64,000 nucleotides of DNA, taken from NCBI RefSeq assembly GCF_009914755.1, contig NC_060925.1; one strand, written 5' to 3'. Positions 1-17,199 of the stretch are shown in pieces. The stretch comes from the human T2T-CHM13v2.0 reference genome, Homo sapiens. Position numbers and translations under genes: made by a program. The stretch's first letter is position 1. Each line of letters opens with the position of its first letter. The notes below the pieces were generated by a model that was not told the origin of the DNA, made no database searches, and was given only the letters and a program-made list of their open reading frames with translations.

Positions 1-1100
1 AGTGGTGAGATTGAGTGTCCTTGTCTCATTCTTGATCTTATGGAGAAGTCTCTCGACAATTCACCATTAAGTATAAAGTTTGCTGTGGGCTTCTTTTAGA
101 TGAAGTCCTTCATTTTTATCAGATTAAGGGAGTTACTTTCTACTCCTAGTTTGCTAAGAGTTTTTCTTGAAGTCATGAATAGATATTGAATGTTATTAAC
201 CTACTAATATAATCATATTGGTCATATGATTTTTCTCCTTTTATTCTGTTAAATGATAAATTCCTGGAAAGATGACCCTTGGTATGATCTTTTTATATAC
301 CAAAAGATTTTATTTGCTAGTATTTCATTTAGAACTTTTGCATCTATATTCATGAGAGAAGAGATTGGTCTGTAATTTTATATTTTCTTTTGTTATAATG
401 TCCTTTTCAAGTTTCATTATTAAAGTTATGCTGGTTTCATAAAATGAGTTATAAAGTGTTTTTACTTTGTCAAATATCTGGAAGAGTTTGTGAAAGACTG
501 ATTTTTTTTAGTGTTGAGACAATTTATCAGTGAGGCTTTTCTTCGTGGAGTTTTCTTTGTGGAAAGATTTTTTAATAACAGAGTATATCTTTAAAAGATT
601 CACATTTTCTATTTTTTGTTTTTGCATCAGTTTTGGTATGCTGTATTTCTCAAGGCATTTGTTGATTTTCTGAAAATTGTAAAATTTATCAATATAAAAT
701 TATTCTTGATAACTTTACTAACGTTCTCTTTCTCATTTCTAACATTGTTAAGTTGTATTTTCTTTCTTTTTTCTTATTTAGTCATGTGAGAGGCTAACCA
801 ATTTTATTACTCTTTGCAAAGAGTTCATTCTTGGCTTTGTTAATTTTCTGTACTGTGTGATTTCTCTATTTCATTTGTGTCCCATTCTACTCTTTATTAT
901 TTCCTTCCTTTTGATTTCTTTGGGTTTGATTTGCTATTGTTTGTTTACGGTTTGCTCATTTTCTTGTTATTCATTTCTTGAAATAGGAGCTTAGATAATT
1001 GATCATTAGCATTTCTATTAACAACGCATGCATTTTAGGCTAAATGGTCCCTTTAAGGGCTGCATCAGCTTCATCTACAAATTTTCACATGTCATATCTT
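1..1100 (-). mobile_element. Old L1M-type LINE-1 fragment
   Basis: T-rich, degraded antisense L1-like sequence (e.g. 'tcaccattaagtataaagtttgctgtggg', 'tttgcatctatattcatgagag'); subfamily not resolved. Confidence 0.7.
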
Positions 1101-1105
1101 TATTA

Positions 1106-1560
1106 TGTCAGTCAGGGTTTGATAAGAGAAGCAGAACCATTAGGAGGTACTATAGATTATAGATATAGCTATAATGATGTGGATATAGATATTGATTATA
1201 TGCAACTGTGGGTGCTAGTTAAACAGTGTACTTTAGGATACTGTTTCTGTCCTGATGCTGCAGCAGCAGTCTACAGTTTGCACAGCAGAAAGGGAAGATA
1301 GATGTCAAGTGGGAGAAAAAGGGCCAGTTGGAACCCATGAGGGTGAGGGTGGACTGGAACCCACATTGTTCTCTCACTGTCCCCAAGTCTCCAGCCTCAA
1401 TGATGGGGATGTTATGCAGCAAAAGCTGATGATTTGTTAGAGGTAAGTGCACACCTGGTCCTGGAGCCAGAAAAACTGAGGGAAGGAGCAATGCAGCTGA
1501 CATTGCTGTGGGCTTGGCTGCTGCCCTACACCAGCCAGGTGAGCCAACAGATACGTGACA
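1106..1560. mobile_element. MLT2-like ERVL LTR remnant
   Basis: Start 'tgtcagtcagggtttgataagagaagcagaacca' resembles an MLT2-family terminus; right boundary approximate. Confidence 0.45.
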
Positions 1561-1672
1561 AGCTATAGGCTTGAATTCCCCTTTCTATGCTAATTTCAGT
1601 CCCTTCCCTGCATCTCAGAGGTTACTGTGATGATCAGTTAGGGATGTAGCCTTCAAAATAGTCATTTTAACT

Positions 1673-2225
1673 TTTATATATATATTATATGTAATTAGAT
1701 ATATAATATATATGTATATGTCATAATATATATAGAATCTTATATATAACATAATATATACACATTACATATATATTTTGTTAATCTATTATATAATAGA
1801 TTAACATATTATGTAATATATTATGTTAATCTATTATATAATAGGTTAATCTATTATATAATAGATTAACATAATATATTATGTAATATATTATTACATA
1901 CAACATATTAATATATTATATAACACATACTATATTATTAATATAATACATTATATCAATTATATTCTATAATATATTATATATTATATAACATATATTA
2001 ATGTAATGTATTACATATTATATTAATTATATAATATATAACATGTATTATATGATATAATTATGCAATTATTATATACTTTAATATGTTACATATTGTA
2101 TCTATATAATATATACAGATGGATATATATTATATATACAAATATACTGTATATTACATATATTCATATATGGATATTATATATTATATATTATATATGT
2201 AATGTGTGTATACACACGCATACAT
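1673..2225. repeat. AT-rich (TA)n-type low-complexity tract with internal palindromes
   Basis: About 550 bp almost entirely A/T with degenerate tata repeats. Confidence 0.95.
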
Positions 2226-3048
2226 AGTTCCAATAGAAAATACAGTACATTGTTTTATCTGTATGATATTTTTACATAGATGGTGTTTTTCTGCTTCTGG
2301 CATTCTTTCAGTTGATAATATGTCCTACTCCACCCACTCTAAGGGATGTTGATGAAGGCTGTGCCCTGCTGGCCTCGGGAATACCCCATGGACCAACGTT
2401 CACCAGGAGTAGGTCAACCTCTCTTTCTCCCAAGGCCCAGGCATATATTGCTGTCTATAAGCCTGAAAAAGTACCTGGCTCTCTGTCCCCACATTTGTCT
2501 GATTCCCATAGTTCTAGGACCCATAGGACTTCAGAGGGAGTCAGAGGGTCAGAGGTCAGAGGGAGTTTGAGGAACAGCTCATGAGCTCAGCACTGAGTTC
2601 AGTTTGGACCTTGGCCTTTGGACAACTGGGCTTCTGCCTTGCCTCTGTGATTGGACTCCCATTTCAGACCTTGCCCCCTTATGTTACTGAGTCCAAATCT
2701 CTCCCCCTGGTGTGGACTTCTTTATCCTTCAAGACGGAGACGTGGTTTTATCTCCTCAATGCCCTAGAGACTGGAGATCCAGCTGTGCACCCTGCCACCA
2801 GGCTTTGTGCACTGGGCACTGCTTCCTGCCAGAGTCCCCCTGTGCTGCTCTCCCCCAGGGCCCAGCGTGCTGTGGAGACTGACCCACTGCCACCATCTCA
2901 GGTGGGGAGTGTTGCTTGCCCTTTCTCCTAGAAGTTAGTGCTAACCCCTGTTTCCACCCATTCCTGAGGCAGATTTGAAATGTAAGACCTCTGAATAAGT
3001 CTCCCAAGTTTCTGTCCAAGAGAGAAAAAATGAAGGACTTGCACTCAC

Positions 3049-3167
3049 AGAGACTTGGTCGGCTCCAATGATCCCGGACAAGCTCCCGGTTCCATACTGA
3101 ATGGAGAAAGATTGACCTGGCTGGCTGTATGTGCTGGACTGGGAAGGCTGGAACCTGCTGTGCGTCT
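3049..3167 (-). CDS. CTSE: Cathepsin E coding exon 4 (119 nt); the gene continues beyond the left edge of the window
   Basis: THSRFQPSQSSTYSQPGQSFSIQYGTGSLSGIIGADQVS (aspartic protease flap YGTGS); AG/GT boundaries in phase with exon 3. Confidence 0.97.
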
Positions 3168-4108
3168 CTGGAAAGAAGTGCACTGCTCTTGCTTATGCCA
3201 TCGGCTCACTGGCTGCATCCCTGCCCTAATGCCACCCAGCCCCACAGCGGCAGGGTCTCTTCCCTCAGCTCTCAACACTGAGTGGGGGCCCCTAGAAGCC
3301 TGGTGATGCCCCTCCCTAATGAACAACTACATTTCCCTCTAGCTACAGATGTGGCCTAACTGGGGACCAAATAGCTATCCCTGAGCAAACCTGATTGTCC
3401 ACAATGACCTCATGAGGCACACCAAGATAAGTGTCATTTATCAGGCGCCAGCCACAGTCCCTGCCACCCATTGTGGGTCAGAGGTTGGCTTCAAAAGAAA
3501 CTCAGGGATAAACAATTGCCCCAGGAAATTACTCCCAACTTTTCTCCCAACCGATGGACATCTCTAGCCTTGGGGTTTCCAGAGACATTCTGTCTCTGGG
3601 ACTTGTCCTGTATCGAACAAGACATCTTTCTGTAGCTCTTCTTTTCCAATCCTCACTGAAACTTCTGAGTTACCTCTGGACAAATGGACCCACCCATGCC
3701 ATTGTGCCCCACCAGCCCCACCTGTGTGCACCAGGAGATAAGGCTACCAAGCCTCCTTGAAACAAGCAGACTATCTACACTAGAACCCGACTCACCTCCC
3801 TGCTCAGAAATAACCAATTAAATTAAACTTCCCCTACATTCCTTTGGGTGTTCCAAAGGAAGTGAGTCATTATGTCAAAGATTTCTCTTTTCAATGGCTT
3901 TCTTTCTATTAATTCTGATCAGTATGAAAGTTACTCTCTTGGACAGCAGCCACATTTTAGTTCTTCCTTGGCTTTGCTCTATCTCTGCTATAAGCAGTTC
4001 CACGGCTGACTCAAAGATGGAGAGTGGAAGCTGGTGTGGCAGGGATGGCCAGTTTCTGGAACCTAAGCCCCCCTTCCCCAGAGTACCAGGCTTGGCCTCC
4101 CAGGACTA

Positions 4109-4324
<216 letters not shown>

Positions 4325-4900
4325 TCACCAGGAAGCCAGGGGAAAGCTCCCAGGGGCCAGAGCCTGGGGTAATACAGACTGGAGTTTACAGAGCCTAGGA
4401 AGTGGCAACGCTGGAAAATAAAAGGTAAAAGGAGCAGAGAAATGGCCATGAAGGAGGAAATCAAACCAAGCCTCTGGCTACTTCATTTGATTTTACTTGC
4501 ACTAACCTGATTCTTATAAATACATTGTAGGAGAGGCAGTGGAGGAAGAACCATCTGTTTTACAGACCAGGGAACTGGGGCTGGGAGAGGTTAAGTAACT
4601 TGCCTAAGGGTACACAGCCAGTAAGCTGCCCAGCTGAGAGCAGAAGCAGGGGCCTTCAGTGTGGGATGATGCTTTCACTCCCAGCCCTTTCCTTCTGCAG
4701 AGAACTCTGACATTTGGGTACATGGGGGCCTGCTTAGCCAACTCCATGGGGACCCAGGGAATCAGTCCCCATGGATCATCATCCAAGTGAAGAAATCCAC
4801 AATGGCCTTCGGTGCTACTGATGTGGCACTGGCCATGCCCTAATGCTGGGCCTTCCTCCCGCTCCCACCTCTCCCCAGCCCTGACCCCAGGAGGCCTCAC

Positions 4901-5057
4901 ATCCAAGTAGTTGATGAGGGGTTCCTTGGCACTCTGGTCCATTGAGCAGGACTCGGTGAACTGGATCATGTCCAAATTATGGGATTTCCAGAACTCAGAG
5001 AGCTGGCTCCGTGCCCGCAGCTTCTTCTTGAGGGACGGATGCCTCCTGAGGGGCACC
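4901..5057 (-). CDS. CTSE: Cathepsin E coding exon 2 (157 nt), propeptide and dimer-forming Cys
   Basis: VPLRRHPSLKKKLRARSQLSEFWKSHNLDMIQFTESCSMDQSAKEPLINYLD; canonical splice sites. Confidence 0.98.
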
Positions 5058-5723
5058 CTGGAGACAAACCCCCATGTAAGCAGGAGATGTACTTCTGCCT
5101 CCCTCTTCCCCCCATTCTCGTCCCATTTTCTCAGGGGCCAACTAGAGAAGATGGGGTGGGAGGGGGGGATCTGCAAGACAGCACGCAGGATACAGGTGGG
5201 ATCAGCGTCCTCTCTGCCACTCAGCCTGCCCGGCCTCATCTCTGCCCTATAGAGTCTTAGAATCTTAGAGTGGAAATGGCTCCCCTCCTGGAGCTGAGGT
5301 CTTTGAGATCTAGGAAAATGGGAGATGTGGGGCGGTCTACAGTTTTACATGAACATCACGAAGGGCTGATTTAAAGGGACAGAAAAACTCTTGGGGACAG
5401 TGATGGTCAGTCCCCTGGGGAAGTCCTGGGGCGCTTTGAGCTACAAACCACAACTGCAGGTTCCTGCTCTTTTGCAACACAAGAAGACCCCTGGGACTTG
5501 GGAAGGCACCTCCGTGGAGGTGGAGGCAGGAGGATGACTTGTTGAGGACTGGAGATTAAGGCCATACACAGGCGGTCACTGGATGAGTCTCTTCCATGCA
5601 TTGACGCAAGCCCTCAGCTTCTCCTCCTCTTCACCTCCCCATCAGCTTTCCTACCCCAGAGCAGCCCTGAGTTGCAGGGCATGGGACTACCCAGCTGAAC
5701 ACAGTGCGGGGACGTCTTCTCAC

Positions 5724-5791
5724 CTGTGAAGGGATCCTTGGGCCTCTCCCAGCTCCAGGAGCACCAGCAGCAAAAGAAGGAGCGTTTTCAT
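5724..5791 (-). CDS. CTSE: Cathepsin E coding exon 1 (68 nt), signal peptide
   Basis: ATG at 5791 (minus); MKTLLLLLLVLLELGEAQGSLH(R) followed by a GTGAG donor. Confidence 0.98.
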
Positions 5792-6050
5792 TGTGAGTCC
5801 GACCAGCAGCTTCTCCCTTGCCCCCTCCTTTCTTCTCTCCCCGAGGGCAGTGGGAACGGACTTTCCCTAACTCTCAGACCTGCCCAGCCCAGTCTGAGGG
5901 CCGAATGATAAGGCCCTGGAGTCATTAGCCATGCCCAGAGTAAATACGGCATGTGGAACAGGGCGTTCCCCCTGCACCTCTCCGTCCCTTTCCCACCTAC
6001 AAGAGGAATATGAGTCTGCGGGGAGAACTTGGGAGTCCTCTGGGGCTTGG
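5792..6050 (-). promoter_or_regulatory. CTSE: CTSE 5' UTR and proximal promoter (TATA-less, GATA site)
   Basis: Immediately upstream of the ATG; WGATAA at 5906-5911; no canonical TATA box seen; TSS not exactly placed. Confidence 0.6.
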
Positions 6051-6504
6051 CTTCTCTCAGGGCTTTGGCACCTCCTCTGACCCCAAGAAACCCTGTTAAT
6101 GAATCCGGAGGGCAGCACATGCCTGGCTGCCTGGAAAGGCCCACTGAACTCTTACTGCAAGTGCTCTAGCTGGAGACTCTGGAGGGGTGGGAGCTGACTT
6201 GTCATGGGTGGCAGGATTCTAACTCAAAATATTCGTCAGTCTGTTTTCTGGGTGATTCCTGTTCTCTCCTCAATCTCTCAAATGCTCCAAAGGCAGTTTA
6301 TCCTTCCCTGGCCCACTTTGAAGCACAAACCAGCACTCCTCAAAGGCCCTGAAATGGGAAAATGTAGCTGCAGATTTATGGAGCCCACTCTCCTGACTCT
6401 AAGGACTTGATGAATCTGGGGCTGGGGCTCAGGGGTGTGTGGAGGAGAATGCAGGGGCAGCGAGGGAGGGTCAAGGGGGTCAGCGTCTACAGCAAGTGCC
6501 CGCA

Positions 6505-6885
6505 TGAGTCTACTAAAGCGGCCATGACAAAGTACAGGGGGCTTAAACAACAGAAATTTATTTTCTCACTATTCTGGAGGCTGGAAGTCCAAGATCAAGG
6601 TGTTGGCAGACTTGGTTGCTTCGGAGGCCTCTCTCCTTGGCTTGCAGATGGCTGCCTTCTCTCTGTGTCTTCACATGGGTCTTCCCTCAGCGTGTGGCTG
6701 TGTCCACATCCACATTTCCTCTTCTTATAAGGACGCTAGTCATATTGGAGTAGGGCCCACCCTAATGACTGCGTTTACCCTTAATACCTCTTTAAAGACC
6801 CTATCTCCAAATACAGTCACGTTCTGAGGTACTAGGTGTTAGGACATCAACATGGATTTTGGAGGACAAAGTTCAGCCCTTAACA
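6505..6885. mobile_element. MLT1 (ERVL-MaLR) solo LTR
   Basis: 'ggcttaaacaacagaaatttattttctcac...tctggaggctggaagtccaagatcaaggtg' and end 'ttcagcccctaaca'. Confidence 0.85.
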
Positions 6886-7640
6886 GTGCTCAGGGACAAT
6901 AGGATCTTCTATCTGTCAAGTGGGACTAAGCGCAGGGGTGGAGAGTGGGTGGGGCTCAGGCCTTAGTTACCGCAGTGTGTGAAACCCCCTCACCATCAGC
7001 CTATCTCTGTGGCCACCCGCCTCATAAACAGATGGTGGGGCTTCAGTGCCTGGGGTGGGGATGAAGGGGTTACAGGTAGGAAGACCCTGACCCTGACTCA
7101 AGTTAGCCAGGGCAGCAGAGGCCACCACCATATGCCAATGCTTCCAGAGGGCACTAGCTCAGCAGTAGGAAGTAGATGGCCTGCGTTTAGGTTTAGCTCT
7201 GCCCTGACCAGCTAGTGTTCTGGAAAATCTCTTAAGTGCTATGGGATCTGCCTTTCATCTCTGAAGTTCAAATGGCAAGCAAACGTGGAGTATGGAGCTA
7301 AGCCAAACCCACCCTTGGGTCCAAAAATGTTAAAAAAAGACATCAAAAAGACTTAAGGAACAGCCTAGACCTTTGACCCCTGAACCCAAGGCAACAAAGC
7401 CTCTTTGGCATTTCCCAGGAGCCCGTCTTGTTGATCTTTCACTGGGGAGAGTGGTCTAAACCTAGAAGGGCAGCTTGAGTCAGAAGTGGCTAGAAGTGGA
7501 GATCATTCATTTTGGCAGTAAACTCTGCCATGTTTTGCCCGTAACTGCTTATTCACCACATACCTTAGTTTTGTCATCTGCCAAATACCTTACCTACATC
7601 AATGGGTTTTTAAGGAGGATTAAACAAACAAAATAAGGTA

Positions 7641-10308
<2,668 letters not shown>

Positions 10309-11302
10309 CATGTGGAAGTTCTTGAAAAACTGTAACATGTCATGTGAACTAAAGATTGTCACTAAAAACTTCAGTGTTTCAGAAGTGCTGGAAGGGTTCT
10401 TACAGACTCTCAAGACAAACCCACTTGTATAGCAGAATGAGAAAACTGAGGCAGAGAGGCAAAGTGATCAGCCCAAGAGCACATGGTTCATTTAGTGGCT
10501 GATCTAGGATTAGGACTCAGCCCTCCTGACTTCTAAGCGGGCAAACTTTCTGCTACAGAATTATAGCATCATTATCACTGAACTGTTGAAAGGGGGCTAA
10601 CCATAACCCCTCCCTCCTTTTCCATCTTTTAGACCTCTCCCTGCATCCCTCTTGCCCCTGTTTACTAAATGTAGAGAGTTTGCCTGGCCCAGGCTTGAGA
10701 AAAAGCTGACTGGTCCTTGCAGCTGTGGGCCACCTGACTACTGAGTGGAGCAGACACAGCCTCGACTGCCTGCAAGGAGCCCCTGGGTCTAGCTGGATTT
10801 TGGAAAATTTGACAAAGGTTAAGAGCAGGAACACTGGGGATGTTTGTCAGAGCTAATGGGATCTGTCCTCTCCAGAGACACCAGGAACTGAACCTACCCT
10901 GGCTGTAGATTACTGGCCTTTTCCAGCAAGAACCAAATATTGCTGTGGACAATTTGAACACTTTCCAAAGAACAAAAGACCTTAGGCATATGTGTGGTTG
11001 TCTGTGTGTGTCCTTTGAGCAGAGGGAGAGAGAAGAGCATTTGAGGTGAAATAGTATGATGTGGGGGAAAGTGACACATAGTATAGTCAATGATCCGGTC
11101 TCTCTGCATTAGGAGAGGGTCTTTGGAGAGAGAGAGAGAGGGGTGGGGGGAGAGAAAGAGACGCTCAAGAACGTGGATTGGAGGCTGGCTGGATGTAGAG
11201 ACTTTGTTCCCAGAACATTTGAAAGCTGGTGGTGGTGTCACTATCTAGTGAACTTCTTTCTGGAGCTTCAGCTTCCAGAAAGTAAATTAATAATAAGAGG
11301 AC

Positions 11303-11560
<258 letters not shown>

Positions 11561-11984
11561 ATATAAGAGGACAGTTGCTCAGTGCTCTGTGGATAAGTTT
11601 TATCAGGGCTCGATAGCTCCTAGAACAGAGTCTGTTACTGTCAGACATGAGCTGGCTCCTGCTCACAGGGGAGCCGGCACCGCAGGATGCACTCCAGGAT
11701 GCCTGACTCTTGCAACACATTGCTGGTTCAGCACAAACCTGGCCAACTGGGAAATGGCCCAACCTCTTTTGCTTAAAGTTAGGAAATGAGGGAAAATCCA
11801 CGATGCTGTGTGTGGTACAGTAGAAAGATGTCTGTACCAGGTGAGATGAGATGAGATGAGATGCCTGGCTCCAGTCCTGGCTCTGCCACTAACTGGCCAT
11901 ATGATCGCAGATAAATCCCTTCTCTCTGAATCTAGTTTTGTTGCCTATAAAATGAAGAGGCTTGATTGGGTGACAATATCAAGG

Positions 11985-12210
11985 AATACTTTGGAAGCAT
12001 TAGCTCTGTGCTAGGCTCTGAGCTAAGGGACTTACAAGCATTAGTTCATTCAAATCTCTCACCAATCCTATCAGCTAGGTATTGTTTTTAAGCCCATTTT
12101 ACAGATGAGGTAATTGAGGCACAGAGGGTTTAAGTAACTTGCATAAGGTGCTGAAACCAGGATTCAAACCCAGGTTTGCCTTTGAAGTCAGTGTTCTTAA
12201 CTGTGGCATT
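11985..12210. mobile_element. MIR SINE
   Basis: MIR core 'cccattttacagatgagg...aagtaacttgc...ccaggattcaaacccagg'. Confidence 0.75.
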
Positions 12211-13384
12211 GTATTGGGTCATCTTTGAGGTCTGACATTCTAAAATTTCTTTCTGGAAGAGAAAGGCACCGAGGAATGGGAGAGAGGAAAAGAAGAGAGG
12301 GACAGAGAATAATTTCTTGCATGGTAAAAATTGGAGGCCTTCTTTTATTGTAAGAACAAATGGGTGTGTGCATGGTGGGGTGTGTCGGTGAGGAGCTGCA
12401 TGATGAGATATCTTCTCACTGCATATTTTTCAAACATTTTCTATTTTGCCATCAAGGAGTCTCTCAGCAAGGGAGACTATTGTATTGCCGACAGGAGCAA
12501 AAACTCCCACATGTACCTTTCTCCAACTCCCCACCTTCGACACATTCTGAAAAAATAAAATTTAAGGTGCTCAAACCATTTTTTTATTGCCAAAAGAGAG
12601 CACCTGGCACTAAAAGCTTACTTTTTCCATGTGTCTTAATATACTTTGGTTTGTCAAAGCCTCTTGTTTTCATGCAACTGGAAATAAGAAAGATTCAATG
12701 TCTTCAGTATCTCCCAATGTCAAGGATTCAATTTGTTGGAGTCATTTCCAAAACCACCAGCAATTCTACTCCAGGAAAGTGCCTTTCAGACCAGCCATTG
12801 CTACAGCACAGTCAGCAGAGGGCGCAGGCACTGGGAAAGTTTCTCACTTGAATACTGCCTGTGTGTCTTTGTGGCGGGAGAGTATGTGTGTCTGTACCTG
12901 TAAGCAGGAAGAGCAGCTTATGCCTCGGGCTTGCGCAAAAGCAGGACTGCACACTAACACCACCATCTGCTTTGCTTGTTACTGAGCCCAGGCTTTGGAA
13001 GCAGACAAAGCAAGGTCTGAATTCCCAACTCTGCAACTTAACAGATGATTGCATGACATTGGGGATGTGCCACAGCTTCAGATTCCTTCACTACAGAAAA
13101 GAAAGAATGATTTCCTTGCAGAATGGTCTGAAGATTCCATGAGACCATCTTCAGGATGAGTGCTTTCTATATATTACACAGCCCAGTGCTTGACATCAAG
13201 TAAGCCCTCATTACGGGTAGCCTGGCTAAATTCCACTTTATGCCATGCACTGCTCTAAGTGCTTTAAATGTAATAGGAAATAGGCCCAGACAGGGAAAGG
13301 AATTTGTCCAAGGCCACACAGCAGGTAATCATGGAACTAAGCATGCTGAAGCTCAGGAAGTCTCTCTACAAAATCTGTAATGTT

Positions 13385-13670
13385 GGCTGGGCACCGTGGC
13401 TCACGCCTGCAATCCCAGCACTTTGGGAGGCTGAGGCGGGTGGATTGCTTGAGTTCAGGAGTTCAAAACCAGCCTGGCCAATATGGCAAAACTCCATCTA
13501 TTAAAAATACAAAAATTAACCAGGCATGGTGGCTTGCACCTGTAGCCCCAGCTACTCAGGAAGCCGAGGCATGAGAGTCGCTTGAACCTGGGAGGCGGAG
13601 GTTGCATTGAGCTGAGATTGTGCCACTGTACTCCGGCCTGGGCGACAGAGCAAGACTCTGTCTCAAAAGA
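13385..13670 (+). mobile_element. Alu
   Basis: Full Alu dimer. Confidence 0.95.
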
Positions 13671-15254
13671 ATCTGTGATCCTAAACACAACTCTCAGCTG
13701 CCATGTATAGTTTACATATTATTGTGTATATTAACAGACTGAAATACATTCTGAAGGTCATTCACACTGATGTGTATTTTAATTGTTCAGGACAGTTGCT
13801 GAAGCTTCCACCTGTCCTCACTTCTTACTCTGTGATTAGGGGCTCAACTACTGAAAGGCTACAAAATAAATATACTCTTTGATACATAGTTTCCTTATCT
13901 GCCAAATGGAGTTGTTAGTTATTAGAAAATTAAATAAAAGCATATGTGAAAATGCATGACACACAGTAAAAGCTTAATAAATAATTAACATTTTATTATA
14001 AGAAGAGAGAGTATACCATAGCAAATATGCCATAAATCTGATTCCTTCCCTCCGTTAGTCTCCATGAGTTTTCTTTTTTAGATTTATAGTCACAGGGGCC
14101 TCCCTCTGCAGTGCTCCTTTCTTTAATGTTTTATTTCCTGTACCAGGACTGCCAGACTTTCTGAATCAGTTTCCATCCTGGAACTTCCTCAAGAGCCATC
14201 AGGGAAGGATTTAGGCTGTGGCTAGGTAGAATAAAGGCAGACCTTTAATCTCAGGTTCTTGTTTAAGGTGAATTTGTCTCCATTCCTAAAAACTCTTGTC
14301 TTGTTCCCAGCCCATTAAGTGCCCTGGAAACCCACAGAAGAAAAACACATATTAAAGATGCAATTAAATTTACGTCTGTTCCAAGACACAGATACACTCG
14401 TCTGATCTTCCTTTCAGGTTTAACAAGCTTCTTTTTTAGGAGAGCCTCCAAATGAAACCCCATTACTGAAGTCTTGGGAAACACCACTCATTCATTCACA
14501 GAAAAATCTAGATGCTTAGTTTCATTGATCCTATTTCAGGAACAAAAAGTCTGAGGCCTCAAGAGGGCTCTTCCTCAAAAGGGCAAGACACAAGTATAGG
14601 AATCTCAGAGTCTTCCTAACCGCAGATGTGTGCACTGCAATGGCTCAGGCAAGAGACAGTGGTGGCTTAGAATAGAGTGGGGATGGTGGACAAGGAAAGA
14701 AGTGGTGGGCTGAAGTTTGTTTTGGAGATAGAACCATCTGGACAGGCTAGCAGATTAGATGGGAATGAAGGAAAGGAAGAATCAGGGATGACTCCTGGAT
14801 TTGTCTCAGTCTGAGATAAATCTGTCTCTGTCTGAGTCCTGTGTGAAATGCTGCAAGTTCAAGGTTATTTCTGCATAGGGCATTGTTTGTGATAAAAAGC
14901 TTGGAAATAGCCAACAATAAGAAATGGCTAAATAATTACGTCTATGCAATGGAATGTGATGGTGCCAGGTTAAAACAATAAAAAAGCTCCAAAGAAAAAC
15001 ATGTAGACCGTATTGTTGACTCGAAAAATGTGGAACAGTATGTATAGTATGCTATCATTTGTATAACATACTAGGTGAAAGTATACATAGCCCCATTTGC
15101 TTATATATGAATAGGATGTCTCTGGAAGGATATACCAAGAAGTCGGTGGCATTAGGTACTTTTGGGGAAAAGTTGGTGGGTGAGGACAGGGTGAGAAAGA
15201 AGCTTGTTGTCTCCTATTTTGTACTCTCTGAATTTTGAGTCGTGTGACTGTGTT

Positions 15255-15748
15255 GCTTTATTAGTTTTCTGTTACTGCTATAACAAATGATCACAAATGT
15301 AGTGGCTTAAAACAGTGCCAATTTATTATCTTACAGTTCTGTAGCGTAGAAGTTTGACACAGGCCTCACTGGGCTAAAAGAAAGGGATTGGTGAACTGCA
15401 TTCCTTTCTGGAGGCTGGAGGGGAGACTGTTTCTTGGTCTTTTCTAGCTTCTAGAGTCTCCCTGCAGGCCTTGGCTCATGGCCCCTTCCTCTGTCTTCAC
15501 AGTCAGCAGAGTGTCTCTGACTCTTCCCCCAAATTCATGTCTCCCTCTGACCACAGAGGGGAAAGGTTACCCACTTTTAAAGACTCCTGTGACTAGATTC
15601 AACCCATCCAGATAATCCAAGATAACTCACCTCCAGGTTGTTAACTTAATTACATTTACAGAGTCCTTTTTGCCATGTAAAGTCACATATTAACAGATTC
15701 TAGGGATTAGATATGAGCATGTTTTGGGGCCATTATTCTGCCCATCAC
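15255..15748. mobile_element. MLT1 (ERVL-MaLR) solo LTR
   Basis: 'gtggcttaaaaca...tttattatcttacagttctgtag' and end 'ccattattctgcccatcaca'. Confidence 0.8.
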
Positions 15749-15879
15749 AATTACTTATTCAAAAACAATTTAAAATGCAATGAAAAAATAGTGACTCCTC
15801 AGCTTTTTCATTTGCGCCGTCAGGTAGATAATTTACGGAGTACAGGGATTGAGGCAGCAGGAACAGGTTGGAGGGAGCA

Positions 15880-16495
15880 GAGAGTCGAGAGGCCTGTTTG
15901 AGCATATTAAGTTGAGATGCCAGTAGACTTTTCAGGGGTGATATCAGCTTGACCCTTGAATGTGTGGGTCTGGTGGTCATAGGCTTGTTAGGGCTGGAGA
16001 TATTAATTTGGGAGATTATCAGTGAATAGAAAGTGGTTAGAGTCATGAAACTGGCCAAGAGCACCCAGAGAGAGTTTGTAGAAGAAGGAGAAGCCCCAGG
16101 ACTGTGCTCTGAAGACTGCAGGTAGGTGAAGGAAGAAGAGGAAGCCAAGGAGGCCAAGAAGGAGCACCAGTGGGGATGCAGAAAAACCCCATTACCTCCT
16201 CCAGGAGGCTTCCCCACGCAGCCTGGATCTAAAGAGCCTCCATCCTACTCCCTAGTTGCCTCTATCACACGCTCTTGTTCATTTGGTTTATAGGATGATC
16301 ACAGTCCGTAATTCTCTTGTTTTGTTTCTTTGCTTATTGCCTGTCTTTCCCCACTGTATTGTAAGTTTCATGACAGCAGAGCTTCACCCATCTTGATCAT
16401 TGCTGTACCCCCAGCACCTAGTCCAATGCCTGGCTCAGAGTAGGCACTCAATAAATGTTTGTTGAGTGAATGAGCGAGTGAATGGATGGATGAAA
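15880..16495. mobile_element. L2 LINE fragments
   Basis: L2 3' end 'tgcctggctcagagtaggcactcaataaatgtttgttgagtgaatga'. Confidence 0.65.
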
Positions 16496-17199
16496 ACAAA
16501 TTTAATTCCTCTGCCCTCAGTCCATAAACAAAGAAAATGGTGCTAAAATGTAAAAGTTAAGGGGGAAAAAAAGTGCAGCTCTTTTATATCCTCCACAGAC
16601 TGTTCCTCATGTTAGGGTCACATAGGAGTTGTCTACTGAAAGCACCAGGAAGATACCTCTGTTCCGCCTGTGCCACCTTGCTTGAAATCCTACCATTGTC
16701 CGGTCATTCCCTGGAGTGAGGCATCACCCTCTTAGCACAGTGCCCACTAGCTAGTAAGCACTCAATACATTTGAGTTCTTCTTTTTTAAAATTATTATTC
16801 AGTCTTTAAAAAATGCAAATATCCCTGCGAAAGATGGCCCACAAAGTATTAACTCCTTACTATGAATTCGTGTCTCAGCAGAAATAGCTGAGGAAGAACC
16901 TGGTTTTTCCTTAAACTTGTTGTTTCCCCGACCAGCAGCACATAGCTTGGTTTTTGCATTATCTGAGATGAGTCTACAGGGATGGGGTTGCAGAAAGGGG
17001 GAAAGGGCTTTCCAGAAAATGCTAGGGAATCTAAAGCAAACTTCAATGTCTGGTTTTGCCGAGGCTCATGCCTGCACAGCATGAAAATTGCTCTACAAGC
17101 CACATCAGCCACTGGCTTTTCATTTTGGGGCGGTGTGAGTCTCCCTGTGAGCTGAGCCAGGCAGTGGAGGAAATGAAGAGGCTCTCAAGGGAGGGGCAA

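Noticed and set aside
4604-5239. 211-aa minus-strand ORF as a separate gene
   Set aside because: It is CTSE exon 2 read through into flanking intron sequence
12360-12851. 163-aa plus-strand ORF, and similar ORFs at 21221-21731
   Set aside because: No recognisable domain, splice context or coding-like composition
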